From assembly GCA_934401725.1 (NCBI GenBank), contig CAKRSS010000003.1:16122-80121 (forward strand): a DNA stretch of 64,000 nucleotides. The letters run 5' to 3'. Below the pieces are notes generated by a model, which did not search any database, was not told the DNA's origin, and saw only the letters and a program-made list of their open reading frames with translations. This DNA comes from an uncultured Eubacteriales bacterium. GTDB taxonomy: Bacteria; Bacillota; Clostridia; Oscillospirales; CAG-272. The position numbers were made by a program, and so were the translations under genes. This document shows, piece by piece, positions 19,969 through 29,283 of the stretch; the stretch's first letter is position 1, and the number at the start of each line of letters is the position of its first letter.

Positions 19969-20853
19969 TCAGCGACCGTTGGTCATTTTCTGGCGTAATG
20001 TATCGTAGAACCCGCGCTCCTTGAGCGTGATGAGGCGGGTGGTCTTGTCTGACTTTGTGATGCTGACCGTCTCGCCGCGGTAAAGCTCGTAGTTCGTACG
20101 GCCGTCGATGGTCAGGAAGAGATTTTTTTCGCGGTCGCATATGTTGCGCACGGTAAGCTCGAGCGAGTCGGGGAAGACCATCGGGCGCGCCGCAAGCGAG
20201 TGCGGACATATGGGCGTCACGCAGAAGCACTCGAGGTGCGGATGCGTTATCGCGCCGCCCGCCGCCATGGAATAGGCGGTAGAGCCGGTCGGCGTGGCGA
20301 TTATGAGGCCGTCTGCCCGGTAGGTCGTGACCGACTCACCGCCGCAGAGCAGCTCGAGATCGACTATCCGCGCGACCGAGCCGTTCGATATGACGGCGTC
20401 GTTGAGTGCGAACGACGACAGCTTGCGCCCGCCCTTGGCGTCGTTCATAGTGACGCAGAGCATGGAGCGCTCGTCGATTTTGTATTTGCCCTCGAAAAGC
20501 CGGGGCAGCAGCTTGAGCTCGTCCATCTCGAGCTCCGCCATGAAGCCGAGACGTCCGAGGTTGATACCGAGTATCGGCGTGCGGTTGAGCGCGGCGCGGC
20601 GCGAGGCCTCGAGAATGCTGCCGTCGCCGCCGAGGACGACCAGAATGTCAGCCGTCTCGTACAGCTCGTCCGGCGGCAGAAAATGAAATTCCCTGCGCAT
20701 GCGGCGCAGGCGGTTTATCCGCTCGCGCGCAGACAGACATATCAGCACGTCGCATCCGAACCGTATAAATTTATCCGCAACGGTCAGCGCGGCCAGCGCT
20801 TTTTCCGTTATATTGTAATTGGTGATAACGGCCACCCGCTTTATCTGTTCCAT
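19969..20853 (-). CDS. nadK: NAD(+) kinase
   Basis: The sequence contains the GGDGS motif (VVLGGDGSILEASR), NDAVISN and IIATPTGSTAYSMAAGG. Confidence 0.93.
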   Translation of the reverse strand: MEQIKRVAVITNYNITEKALAALTVADKFIRFGCDVLICLSARERINRLRRMRREFHFLPPDELYETADILVVLGGDGSILEASRRAALNRTPILGINLGRLGFMAELEMDELKLLPRLFEGKYKIDERSMLCVTMNDAKGGRKLSSFALNDAVISNGSVARIVDLELLCGGESVTTYRADGLIIATPTGSTAYSMAAGGAITHPHLECFCVTPICPHSLAARPMVFPDSLELTVRNICDREKNLFLTIDGRTNYELYRGETVSITKSDKTTRLITLKERGFYDTLRQKMTNGR

Positions 20854-20887
20854 GCCGCCTCCTTGCGGTGTTGCGTGTTTGAGTGTT

Positions 20888-20938
20888 TAAGGCATCGCCG
20901 CGCAATTGCACCATCGGTACTACGCGGTGAAGTCTTGA
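20888..20938. repeat. Family-2 short hairpin element (about 50 bp) in the tlyA-nadK spacer
   Basis: The sequence is ttaaggcatcgccgcgcaattgcaccatcggtactacgcggtgaagtcttgaa. It equals the two ends of the 169-bp elements at 28750 and 39567 joined together. Confidence 0.85.
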
Positions 20939-20953
20939 AAGTTGTGGCGAGCC

Positions 20954-21760
20954 TCAGCGCTCCCCGGCCTCGCGGACGAGCCGCGCGACCTCCTCTGCGG
21001 ACGGATATTCGCCCGCGACTCCCTTTCGGGCCACAAGCAGGTACTCGCGGTTGCCGTCGCCGCCGCATATGGGCGACGGTATGAGCGCGACAAAACCCAG
21101 CCCCGCCCCCGCGGCGCAGGACGTGACGCGAAGTATCGCCTCCGCGCGCCTCTGCGCGTCGCGGACGATGCCGCCCTTGCCGAGCCCCGAGCGCCCGACC
21201 TCGAACTGCGGCTTGATGAGGCTGACTATCGCCCCGCCGTCGCGAAGCAGCAGCGGTATGCCGGGCAGAATGTAGGTCTGCGATATGAACGAGACGTCCA
21301 TGACGGCCATATCGAGGTCGCACGGTATGTCTCCACGCCCGCCGTCGCATAGCTGGCGGGCATTGAACGCCTCTATGTTGACGACGCGCGCGTCGGATGC
21401 CAGCGAGGGCGCAAGCTGTCCGTGCCCCGAGTCGAGCGCGAAAACCTGCGCGGCTCCATGCTGAAGAAGGCAGTCGGTAAAGCCGCCGCTCGAGGCTCCG
21501 ATGTCGACACATCGGGCCCCCGTGACGTCGAGCCCGGCTGCGGCGAGCGCCGCCTCGAGCTTGAGTCCGCCGCGGCTGACGTAGCGGTTTTCGTCGCCCC
21601 TTGATATGACGACCTCGTGCGCCGCCCCTTCGTCGACCGGCTGCGACGGCTTGACAACTTTTTGTCCGTCAAGCATCACAAGGCCGGCAGAAATGAGCGT
21701 CCGGGCCGCCTCTCTGCTGCGTGTGTGACCATGTGTAACGAGATAAATGTCTGCCCGCAC
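20954..21760 (-). CDS. tlyA: TlyA family 16S/23S rRNA (cytidine-2'-O)-methyltransferase
   Basis: An S4-like N-terminus is present (RADIYLVTHGHTRSREAARTLISAGLVMLDG), together with VSRGGLKLEAAL and the SAM motif DIGASSGGFTDCLL. The start is ambiguous: the GTG at 21760 fits homologues, and the alternative GTG is at 21802. Confidence 0.85.
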   Translation of the reverse strand: MRADIYLVTHGHTRSREAARTLISAGLVMLDGQKVVKPSQPVDEGAAHEVVISRGDENRYVSRGGLKLEAALAAAGLDVTGARCVDIGASSGGFTDCLLQHGAAQVFALDSGHGQLAPSLASDARVVNIEAFNARQLCDGGRGDIPCDLDMAVMDVSFISQTYILPGIPLLLRDGGAIVSLIKPQFEVGRSGLGKGGIVRDAQRRAEAILRVTSCAAGAGLGFVALIPSPICGGDGNREYLLVARKGVAGEYPSAEEVARLVREAGER

Positions 21761-21762
21761 GT

Positions 21763-22674
21763 TCAATATTCGCGGTCGAGCAGGTAGTAAGCCAGCCCGC
21801 ACAGACGCTCGCTTCCGTGGTATTTGTGTATCGACGCCACCGCGCGCTCGGTCAGCTCGCCGGCGTAGTGCCGCGCGGCCTCGGGCGTGAAGTAGGTCAT
21901 GAAGGTGGTCTTGTTGTGCGCCGCGTCGTTGCCGCAGTCCTTGCCGAGCAGTGCGACGTCGCCCGTGACGTCGAGAATATCATCGATTATCTGGAAAACG
22001 AGACCGATTTTCTCGGCGTAGTCGGTCGCCGCGAGCGACTTCATGTCGCCCTTGGGCAGTCCCGCCGCCATGCAGCCGAGCAGAGCCGACACCTTTATCA
22101 TGCAGCCGGTCTTGAGCCGGTGCAGACGGAGCAGCGTTTCAAAATCGAGCTCACGCGTCTCGCCGACAAGGTCGAGCACCTGCCCGCCTATCATGCCGAG
22201 ACTTCCCGCCGCCTTTGCCAACGCGACAACAGCCGACGCGGCGCACAAGTCGGTTACGTACTTGTTCTGCGCGGTTATCTCGAAGGCGTAGGTCAGAAGG
22301 CCGTCACCCGCGAGCAGCGCGTTTGCCTCGCCGAACTGCTTGTGGCAGGTGGGACGGCCACGGCGCAGATCGTCGTCGTCCATGCAGGGCAGGTCATCGT
22401 GAATGAGCGAATATGTGTGCACCATTTCGACCGCCGCCGCGAACGGAAGTGCGGCGCGCACGTCTCCGCCGAACAGGCGGCAGAACTCCAGCACCAGTGC
22501 CGGGCGGATACGCTTTCCGCCTGCGAAAACGCTGTATCGCTCGGCGTCAAACAGTATCTGAAGGTAGACGTCGTTGGCCGCGAGGTAGCCGTGAAGCGCC
22601 TCCTCGGTCAGTCTGGCGTCCTCGTTAAGCATGGCCGCCACATCGGCTTTTGAATACTTCATTTCAGTTGTCAT
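21763..22674 (-). CDS. ispA: Polyprenyl (farnesyl/geranylgeranyl) diphosphate synthase
   Basis: The first Asp-rich motif is LIHDDLPCMDDDDLRRGRPT. The second is FQIIDDILD. Confidence 0.92.
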   Translation of the reverse strand: MTTEMKYSKADVAAMLNEDARLTEEALHGYLAANDVYLQILFDAERYSVFAGGKRIRPALVLEFCRLFGGDVRAALPFAAAVEMVHTYSLIHDDLPCMDDDDLRRGRPTCHKQFGEANALLAGDGLLTYAFEITAQNKYVTDLCAASAVVALAKAAGSLGMIGGQVLDLVGETRELDFETLLRLHRLKTGCMIKVSALLGCMAAGLPKGDMKSLAATDYAEKIGLVFQIIDDILDVTGDVALLGKDCGNDAAHNKTTFMTYFTPEAARHYAGELTERAVASIHKYHGSERLCGLAYYLLDREY

Positions 22675-22693
22675 GGCTCGGGTCTCCTTGTTT

Positions 22694-22963
22694 TTATTTA
22701 TCCGGTGTGCCGTCGGGAGCGACGCCCGACGAGCCGTCCGTCATTTCCGGCATGGGAACCTCCTCGACGCCGCCGTCGGTGCCGGTGCGAAGCAGGCGTA
22801 TGCGCGCCTCGGTCTGCTCGAGCATTGCGTTGCAGACGCGGACAAAAGCAATCCCCTCCTCGTACAGCCGGGTCGACTCCTCAAGCGGCGCGCTGCCCGT
22901 TTCAAGTAGCTTTACTATTTCCTCCAGCCGCTCAAGCGACTGCTCAAAACTCATTTTTTTCAT
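22694..22963 (-). CDS. xseB: Exodeoxyribonuclease VII small subunit
   Basis: The sequence FEQSLERLEEIVKLLETGSAPLEESTRLYEEGIAF is present. The gene overlaps xseA by 20 nt. Confidence 0.92.
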   Translation of the reverse strand: MKKMSFEQSLERLEEIVKLLETGSAPLEESTRLYEEGIAFVRVCNAMLEQTEARIRLLRTGTDGGVEEVPMPEMTDGSSGVAPDGTPDK

Positions 22964-24176
22964 GTTTTTCTACCGATTTTTCTGTATTTGTGATGTCAGC
23001 GGCGGCTGTGCCGTCAGCGAGACGCAGGACAACGCTGTCCCCCGCCCTGAGCTCATCCACCGACCGAACCGCGCGCTCTCCCGCAAACACGGCCGCATAT
23101 CCGCGGCTGAGTATGCTGAACGGGTCGAGTGCGCCGAGGTGTCGCGCGGTCGCCGCGAGGCGGAAGCGCGCGCTCTCGAGCGCGCGGTCGGCACTGCCGT
23201 CAAGCCGTCCGGAGAGCGACAGCAGCGCCATTCTGCGGTCGTCCGTCAGACGTGCGGGGTCGCTCAGTATGCGCGAGGCGGCGAGCGCCGCCACACGGTC
23301 ACGCCGCAGCCTCAGCGCGCGGTCGACGGCCCCGTCAAGCCGCAGTCCGAGCTGGACCACGTGTCGGGAAAGCTCGGCGCTGTCGGGAACCGCCAGCTCG
23401 GCCGCCGCAGACGGCGTCGGCGCGCGCAGGTCGGCGGCGAAATCGCAGAGCGAGAAGTCCGTCTCGTGCCCCACGGCCGAGATGACGGGCACGCCCGACG
23501 CAGCGACCTTGCGCGCCAGTGTTTCGTTGTTGAAGGCCCAAAGGTCCTCGAGCGAGCCGCCGCCGCGGCCTATGATTATGGTGTCGACCGGACGGATACT
23601 GTTGAAAAAGTCGATGCCCGCGCACAGCTGCGGCGGGGCGGAAGGCCCCTGCACCTGCGCCGGGTAGACGTACACCGTCGCCGCGGGATAGCGGCGGGTG
23701 ATGATGTTTATCATGTCGCGCACCGCCGCGCCGGTCGGCGAGGTGACGATGCCTATCGTCTCAGGGAAGCGCGCGATGGGACGCTTGCGCGACTCGTCGA
23801 ACAGCCCCTCGGCGGCGAGCTTGTTTTTTAGCTGCTCGTAGGCGTAATAAAGCGCGCCGATGCCGTCCGGCTGCATACTTTCGGCGTATATCTGGTAGAC
23901 GCCGTCGCGCGGAAAGACAGATATTCGCCCGCCGACGATGACCTTCATGCCGTCACGCGGAGCGAACCCCACCCGACAGGCCGCCGAACGGAACATGACC
24001 GCCTTGAGCGACGAGGTCTCGTCCTTGAGTGTGAAGTAGAAATGCCCCGTAGAATGGTGCTTGAAGTTGGATATTTCGCCGCGCACCATCAGCCCCGACA
24101 GCACGGGCGCGTTGTCAACCAGCATTTTGACATACTCATTGACCTGGCTGACACTGAACATCATGCGCTCAGCCAC
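22944..24176 (-). CDS. xseA: Exodeoxyribonuclease VII large subunit
   Basis: An OB-fold N-terminus is present (VSQVNEYVKMLVDNAPVLSGLMVRGEISNFKHHSTGHFYFTLKD), together with IGIVTSPTGAAVRD and GRGGGSLEDLWAFN. Confidence 0.93.
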   Translation of the reverse strand: MAERMMFSVSQVNEYVKMLVDNAPVLSGLMVRGEISNFKHHSTGHFYFTLKDETSSLKAVMFRSAACRVGFAPRDGMKVIVGGRISVFPRDGVYQIYAESMQPDGIGALYYAYEQLKNKLAAEGLFDESRKRPIARFPETIGIVTSPTGAAVRDMINIITRRYPAATVYVYPAQVQGPSAPPQLCAGIDFFNSIRPVDTIIIGRGGGSLEDLWAFNNETLARKVAASGVPVISAVGHETDFSLCDFAADLRAPTPSAAAELAVPDSAELSRHVVQLGLRLDGAVDRALRLRRDRVAALAASRILSDPARLTDDRRMALLSLSGRLDGSADRALESARFRLAATARHLGALDPFSILSRGYAAVFAGERAVRSVDELRAGDSVVLRLADGTAAADITNTEKSVEKHEKNEF

Positions 24177-25131
24177 GTTCCACCTCCGCCATCCACGCCC
24201 GGCGGCACAAAAGCGAGACGCCGGCGGCGTTGTCAGCCGAGAAGGCGGGCTCGGAATAATATATGCCCTCCTCGCTGCCTATTATATTTTTAATGATCGA
24301 ATTGCTCATAACTCCGCCCGCGAACAGCACCGGCTCGCCGGGGTAGGCGGCGCGGACGTTGCGGCAGAGCGCGCGCAGCGTCTGCCCGACGAAATTCAGG
24401 ACAAATGCCGCCGTGCGCGGCAGGTCGTCCTCGCCGCCGTACATCGAAGCGGCCAGATTTTCAAGTCCCGAGAGGTTGCACTCGAGTCCATCGACGCATA
24501 TGCGCGGACGCGGCAGCTTGCCGGTGTAGGTGAGCGCCGCCTGCTCGAGCGCCGGACCGCAGGGGAACTTCAGTCCCATGGCCACGCCCGCGCGGTCAAT
24601 CGCCTGACCGGCGTTGAGGTCGCGCGTACCGCCGAGTATCGTGACGTCAAATGCATTGCCGCGCGGCACGACGCGGACTATCTCCGTCGTCCCGCCCGAC
24701 ACGTGAAATGCACAAAAGGGGGCGGAAAGCAGCACGTCGAGCCCGCCGGACGAATACCCGGCGGCCATTATGTGCCCGTCCTGATGCGAGAATCGGTAGA
24801 GCGGCGCTCCTGCTCCCACCGCGAGCGCCGAAGCCGCCGCCACCCCCGACAGAAAGCAGGGCATGTACGATCCCTCGGCGTTACGCGGGGTGGCCGACAC
24901 GCCGACCGCCGTCGCGCGGTGTCCGTCAAGTGCGGCGCGCACCTGCGCGAGCACCTCCGGCAGATTTTTTATGTGAGAGAAGACTGCGTCACTCTGACGC
25001 AGCCCGCGGCCGCCCTCGGCGACCGGAAGCGGCAGCTTGATATTGGCCAGCACCCTTCCCTCTCCGTCGCAGACCGCGCCGGAGGTGGTGTAGTTACTGG
25101 TGTCTATGCCGACAAAACGCGCCTCATTCAT
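24169..25131 (-). CDS. Kae1/TsaD-like (peptidase M22 / ASKHA fold) protein
   Basis: The N-terminus is FVGIDTSNYTTSGAV. The sequence also has HQDGHIMAA and a C-terminal SADNAAG. The ATG at 25131 overlaps the nusB stop. Confidence 0.55.
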   Translation of the reverse strand: MNEARFVGIDTSNYTTSGAVCDGEGRVLANIKLPLPVAEGGRGLRQSDAVFSHIKNLPEVLAQVRAALDGHRATAVGVSATPRNAEGSYMPCFLSGVAAASALAVGAGAPLYRFSHQDGHIMAAGYSSGGLDVLLSAPFCAFHVSGGTTEIVRVVPRGNAFDVTILGGTRDLNAGQAIDRAGVAMGLKFPCGPALEQAALTYTGKLPRPRICVDGLECNLSGLENLAASMYGGEDDLPRTAAFVLNFVGQTLRALCRNVRAAYPGEPVLFAGGVMSNSIIKNIIGSEEGIYYSEPAFSADNAAGVSLLCRRAWMAEVERG

Positions 25132-25546
25132 TGGGCACGGCGTCCCCGGACTCGACTGCGTCCTTGACGGCGTTGAGCACGCCGTTGACAAACGGCCGTG
25201 CACGCTGCTCGTCGTACTTTTTGACCAGCTCCACCGCCTCGTTTATCGAGACGTTGTGCGGGATGCCGTCGCCGTACAGCATCTCCCAGGTGCCGAGCCG
25301 CAGCGCCGCGCGGGATATGCCCGAGATGCGGTAGGCCTTCCAGCCGCGCGAATATTTTTCGATAATGGCGTCGAGCTCATTTACGTGCTCCATCACGCCG
25401 AAATACGCCGCCCGGACGTACTTGTCCTCACCGACATCCCGGTTGTCGCAGGAGACATCGTAAATGCTCTCGGGTGTGTCCTGCGGGTGGAAATCAGTTT
25501 CAAACAGCAGTCCGAAAACCGCCTCTCTTGCTTCTCGTCTTGTCAT
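25124..25546 (-). CDS. nusB: Transcription antitermination factor NusB
   Basis: The sequence contains MTRREAREAVFGLLFE, RAALRLGTWEML and FVNGVLN. An AAAGGAAA RBS lies before the ATG at 25546. Confidence 0.9.
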   Translation of the reverse strand: MTRREAREAVFGLLFETDFHPQDTPESIYDVSCDNRDVGEDKYVRAAYFGVMEHVNELDAIIEKYSRGWKAYRISGISRAALRLGTWEMLYGDGIPHNVSINEAVELVKKYDEQRARPFVNGVLNAVKDAVESGDAVPNE

Positions 25547-25793
25547 AGGTTTTCCTTTCGCAAAGTCTTGCCGACAATAATACTCCATGATATTCTATTA
25601 TACAATCGCCGGGGTGCAAAGTCAAGTACAATAATGAATATTTTCGCTGTATACATGAATATTTTTATATTTCGCTTGCGAGAGCGCGCGCACTTTTTTC
25701 ATTCCGGATAATAATTTACCGCTGATACAAACCACTTTTTCTTCAATACTAAATGTAGGATATGCTTATTATAAAAAACGAAAGGCAACAATA

Positions 25794-26768
25794 ATGAAAA
25801 AGCTGTTCTGCACTCTGTGTCTCACGCTCATACTGCTTCCCTGCCTCGTCACGCCTGCCGTCGCCGAGGAGCAAGGATACATCAAATGGGTCGACTTCAC
25901 CCCGACCTACGACGCCCTCTCCGACGCGCTCGAGGCCGACATCGCCGCACACAACGCCGGGAAAAGCATCTCATGGGTCGACATTCTCGCCTACCACGCC
26001 GCGCGGTGCGGCGGGGACTTTTCCTCCTACTCGTCGTCCGACACAGCCTCGCTCTTCGAGTCGCTTTCCGACGGCTCGGACATAGCCTCGCACGTGCGCA
26101 ACACACGGCTGTTCGGCTATTATCAGCGCGCTTACGGTGCGGTGCTGGGCGGGCTTGTCGGCGAATTCACACGGGTAAGCGTCGCCGAGGACGGCAGCGA
26201 GGTGCGCGAGCAGGTCTACGGGCTCCGCGGCTACTCCCCCATAGCAAAAGGCTACTATTACGCCGATTTTGACGACTTCGGAGCCTCGCGCAATTACGGC
26301 TACCGTCGCCGCCACCTCGGTCACGACCTCATGGGCAGCATCGGGACGCCGGTCGTGGCGGTGGAGAGCGGCTATGCCGAGGCCGTCGGCTGGAACCAGT
26401 ACGGCGGCTGGCGCATCGGCATACGCTCCTTCGACGGCCGGCGATACTACTATTATGCCCACCTGCGCCGCGACCACCCCTATCTCGACATGTACCCCGG
26501 CAAAATCGTCAACGCCGGCGAGGTCATCGGCTACCTCGGCATGACGGGCTACAGCACCAAGGAGAACGTCAACAACATCGACACGCCCCACCTGCACTAC
26601 GGCCTGCAAATCATATTCCACCCATCCCAGAAGGACGGAACCAACCAGATCTGGGTCGACATGTACGCGCTGACGCGCCTGCTTTACCGCAACCGCGCCG
26701 CCGTGCTGCGACGTGACGGCGAGCTCTACTCGCGCTCCTACGCCGAGTACCCCGAGACGCCTGACTAA
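25794..26768 (+). CDS. Secreted M23 family metallopeptidase
   Basis: A signal peptide is present. The M23 motifs are HLGHDL, GGWRIGI and PHLHYGLQ. Confidence 0.85.
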   Translation: MKKLFCTLCLTLILLPCLVTPAVAEEQGYIKWVDFTPTYDALSDALEADIAAHNAGKSISWVDILAYHAARCGGDFSSYSSSDTASLFESLSDGSDIASHVRNTRLFGYYQRAYGAVLGGLVGEFTRVSVAEDGSEVREQVYGLRGYSPIAKGYYYADFDDFGASRNYGYRRRHLGHDLMGSIGTPVVAVESGYAEAVGWNQYGGWRIGIRSFDGRRYYYYAHLRRDHPYLDMYPGKIVNAGEVIGYLGMTGYSTKENVNNIDTPHLHYGLQIIFHPSQKDGTNQIWVDMYALTRLLYRNRAAVLRRDGELYSRSYAEYPETPD

Positions 26769-26889
26769 AGCAAAAAACACCGTCGAAAAATTGTAAATCA
26801 TTGCAATTTCGTCTTGCAAAAATTGCCGGGATGTGATAATATATAAGATACAGCCGTGATGGCTGATGTAATTTAAGGATGATTCCAAA

Positions 26890-27312
26890 ATGAAGGTTTT
26901 CTGGGATAAAATTTTGCGCCCCGCCTGCGTCTACTTCACGTTGATCATACTGCTGTACGCCGCCGGGGTTTATGCAATATACGGTAAGAGCTCGAACGGA
27001 GGGGCGCTGTCGTCGCTGCGCGTGCTGCTCGTGCTGGTTTTCGCGCTGATACTTTCGACGGCGAACTCGCTGTTCCGCATTCAGAAGCTCAACGCCGCGC
27101 TGCGGCTGCTGGCGCACGCCGCCGTCAGCGGAGTTGGCTTCTGGCTGTGTCTGGTGCGGCCGCTTGATCTTGAGGGCTCGGGCGAGCTGATGGGACTTCT
27201 GATTTACTTCGTCGTATACGCCGCGGTCGCGCTGGTAGTCATTCTGCATCGCAGTCAGACCGCCAAAAAGAACAACCGCGAGTCCGAGTACACGTCGGTC
27301 TACAAAAAGTGA
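26890..27312 (+). CDS. Small integral membrane protein (about 4 TM helices), function unknown
   Basis: The call rests on the hydrophobicity pattern and on the RBS aaggatg upstream. No catalytic motif was recognised. Confidence 0.5.
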   Translation: MKVFWDKILRPACVYFTLIILLYAAGVYAIYGKSSNGGALSSLRVLLVLVFALILSTANSLFRIQKLNAALRLLAHAAVSGVGFWLCLVRPLDLEGSGELMGLLIYFVVYAAVALVVILHRSQTAKKNNRESEYTSVYKK

Positions 27313-27323
27313 GGGCAGAACAC

Positions 27324-28229
27324 ATGCACAAAAGATACAATAACCTCCCCCGCCAGAACGGCGGACGGGTCTCACGGGCACTGTGGTGCGCGATTGCCGT
27401 AATTATCCTGCTGGTTGTCGTGTGCATGGTCGAGATAGTCGTGCTGGCCTCGGTGCGCGCCGACTCGCCGGACGTCAAAAAGCCGAACGACACAAGCTCG
27501 GGCGACACACAGGGCGGCTCGCCGGACACAACGCCGTTCACGTCCGACACGCCGACAAATTCAACAGCTGACACACCGGTCGCTGTCACTCCGTCCACGG
27601 CAAGGCTCGCCGAGACTGCCGACCTCGGTCAGGAGTACGTCGACAAGTTGATCTTCGTAGGCGACAGCACGACATACGGCCTCAAGGCCTACGGTGTGCT
27701 GTCCGGCGGCAAGAACACCACGCAGGTGTGGACGCCTGCAAGCGGCACCTATTCGCTCAACGCCCTTGTGGCAACCTACAAAATAGTCTACCCGCCCACG
27801 GGCGAGGAGCTGACGGTCGCCGAGGCAGCGTCAAAGGCAAAGCCCGAATACATGGTCATAACGCTAGGTGTCAACTACGGCGTTCCCTACTGCGGCGAGG
27901 GTGAGTTCAAGAAATACTACCGCCTGTTGCTTGACGCAGTCAAGGCGGCCTCTCCCGAGACAAAGATAATTTTGCAGTCCATCTACCCCGTCGCGACCAA
28001 CAGCGAGTACCGCGACATAACCAACCCGCGCATAGACGTGGCCAACGGCTGGGTCGAGAGTCTGGCCGAGGAGTACGGATTCAGGTATCTCGACACCAAC
28101 TCCTCGCTCAAGGGCGACGACGGCTACCTGATACACAGCTACCAGAACGGCGACGGTCTCCACATGAACACCTCGGGACTCAACGCCATACTCAAATACA
28201 TCCGCACGCACGGATACCCAAATAATTAA
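27324..28229 (+). CDS. Membrane-anchored SGNH/GDSL hydrolase
   Basis: An N-terminal TM anchor is present. The SGNH blocks are FVGDSTTYGL, TLGVNYG and a C-terminal GDGLHMN. The ATG at 27324 has a GAGGG RBS 8 nt upstream. Confidence 0.75.
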   Translation: MHKRYNNLPRQNGGRVSRALWCAIAVIILLVVVCMVEIVVLASVRADSPDVKKPNDTSSGDTQGGSPDTTPFTSDTPTNSTADTPVAVTPSTARLAETADLGQEYVDKLIFVGDSTTYGLKAYGVLSGGKNTTQVWTPASGTYSLNALVATYKIVYPPTGEELTVAEAASKAKPEYMVITLGVNYGVPYCGEGEFKKYYRLLLDAVKAASPETKIILQSIYPVATNSEYRDITNPRIDVANGWVESLAEEYGFRYLDTNSSLKGDDGYLIHSYQNGDGLHMNTSGLNAILKYIRTHGYPNN

Positions 28230-28240
28230 GGAGACAAAAC

Positions 28241-28744
28241 ATGAAAAAACATATTGTAAAGCTCATCTGCCTTCTCGTTCTCGCCGCCATGACGCTGACC
28301 TGCTTCGCCTCCTGCAACAGCGGCGCGACATACCGCGACGACATCAAGGTTTCGGACATATCCACCGCGCTGAAAAACAAGTTCCCCGTCGCCGACGGCT
28401 ACTACGCCGCCGACAGCGACTACCTCGGCTTCTACTTTGAGGGTGCGGCCGACAAGGTGGAGGACTACGTCATTGAGTTCTCCGCGACGAGCACGAACAT
28501 AAATCAGTTCGGCATTTTCCACGTCAAGGAAGGCAGCGCCGACGCCGTCAAGGCGCTGTGCGACAGCTACATTCAGACCATGCGCGACCGCTGGGTCGCC
28601 CAGGCGAGCTACATCGCCTCCGAGCACCCCAAGATGGAGAACGCCGAGGCGCGGGTATTCGGGAATTACGTTGTCTACGTCATGCTGACAGCTGAGGACA
28701 AACTGGCGGCGTTTGCGGCGGTTGAAGAGATGCTGAAGGGGTAA
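28241..28744 (+). CDS. DUF4358-like lipoprotein
   Basis: A signal peptide with lipobox (CFASC) is present. The size and pattern (EFSATSTNINQFGIFHVKEG) are typical of that family. The RBS is AAGGAG. Confidence 0.55.
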   Translation: MKKHIVKLICLLVLAAMTLTCFASCNSGATYRDDIKVSDISTALKNKFPVADGYYAADSDYLGFYFEGAADKVEDYVIEFSATSTNINQFGIFHVKEGSADAVKALCDSYIQTMRDRWVAQASYIASEHPKMENAEARVFGNYVVYVMLTAEDKLAAFAAVEEMLKG

Positions 28745-28749
28745 GTTAT

Positions 28750-28918
28750 TTAAGGCATCACCGCGCAATGTCCGAGTGGCACACTTGCTTGCATTTTTTC
28801 GTCATATTTCACAAAAATTCTTGTCTGTAGCGCCACTACAGCCTGCGAATTTTTGTTTCATCTGACGAAAAATCTGACTGCGCAATTGCACCATCGGAAT
28901 TACGCGGTGAAGCCTTAA
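28750..28918 (+). repeat. Family-2 long (169-bp) structured palindromic element, MITE-like, copy L1
   Basis: The terminal inverted repeats are ttaaggcatcaccgcg and cgcggtgaagccttaa. The interior forms a long imperfect hairpin centred on ctgtagcgccactacag. The copy is roughly 90% identical to the reverse complement of 39567-39735. Confidence 0.9.
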
Positions 28919-28921
28919 TTT

Positions 28922-29230
28922 AAATTTTGCGGTTCTCGCAGGTGACGACCTGCGGGGGCCGTTTTTTTGCAGGATGGGGCCTGCACCCGGAGGAGCGCGC
29001 CGGGGTGTTCGGCAAAAACGTTTTTTGAAAAAGGAGTTCTTTAGCCCCCAAGGGCTGCCGCCGTGGAGGCCACCGACGGTGGAGAAGTGTACTTTTCTGC
29101 TCGCGGCAGAAAAGTACAGTTCTTAACGTCCCGCCGACGTTATGGCGTGCCTTCCCAAGGCCAAAGAACTATTTTTATAAAAAAAGCGGCTCCCGCAGGC
29201 CACCCCTGCGAGAACCGCAAACTTAAAATT
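28922..29230. repeat. 309-bp imperfect palindrome built from family-1-like units
   Basis: The arms are aaattttgcggttctcgcagg (28922) and cctgcgagaaccgcaaacttaaaatt (29205). The inner arms are gagttctttagcccccaaggg and cccaaggccaaagaact. The central perfect 12-bp hairpin is gtacttttctgctcgcggcagaaaagtac (29089-29117). Confidence 0.8.
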
Positions 29231-29283
29231 CAATTTAACCGCATACGCGCGTATGCAATAGCCCACACAGCTACACCAACAAA

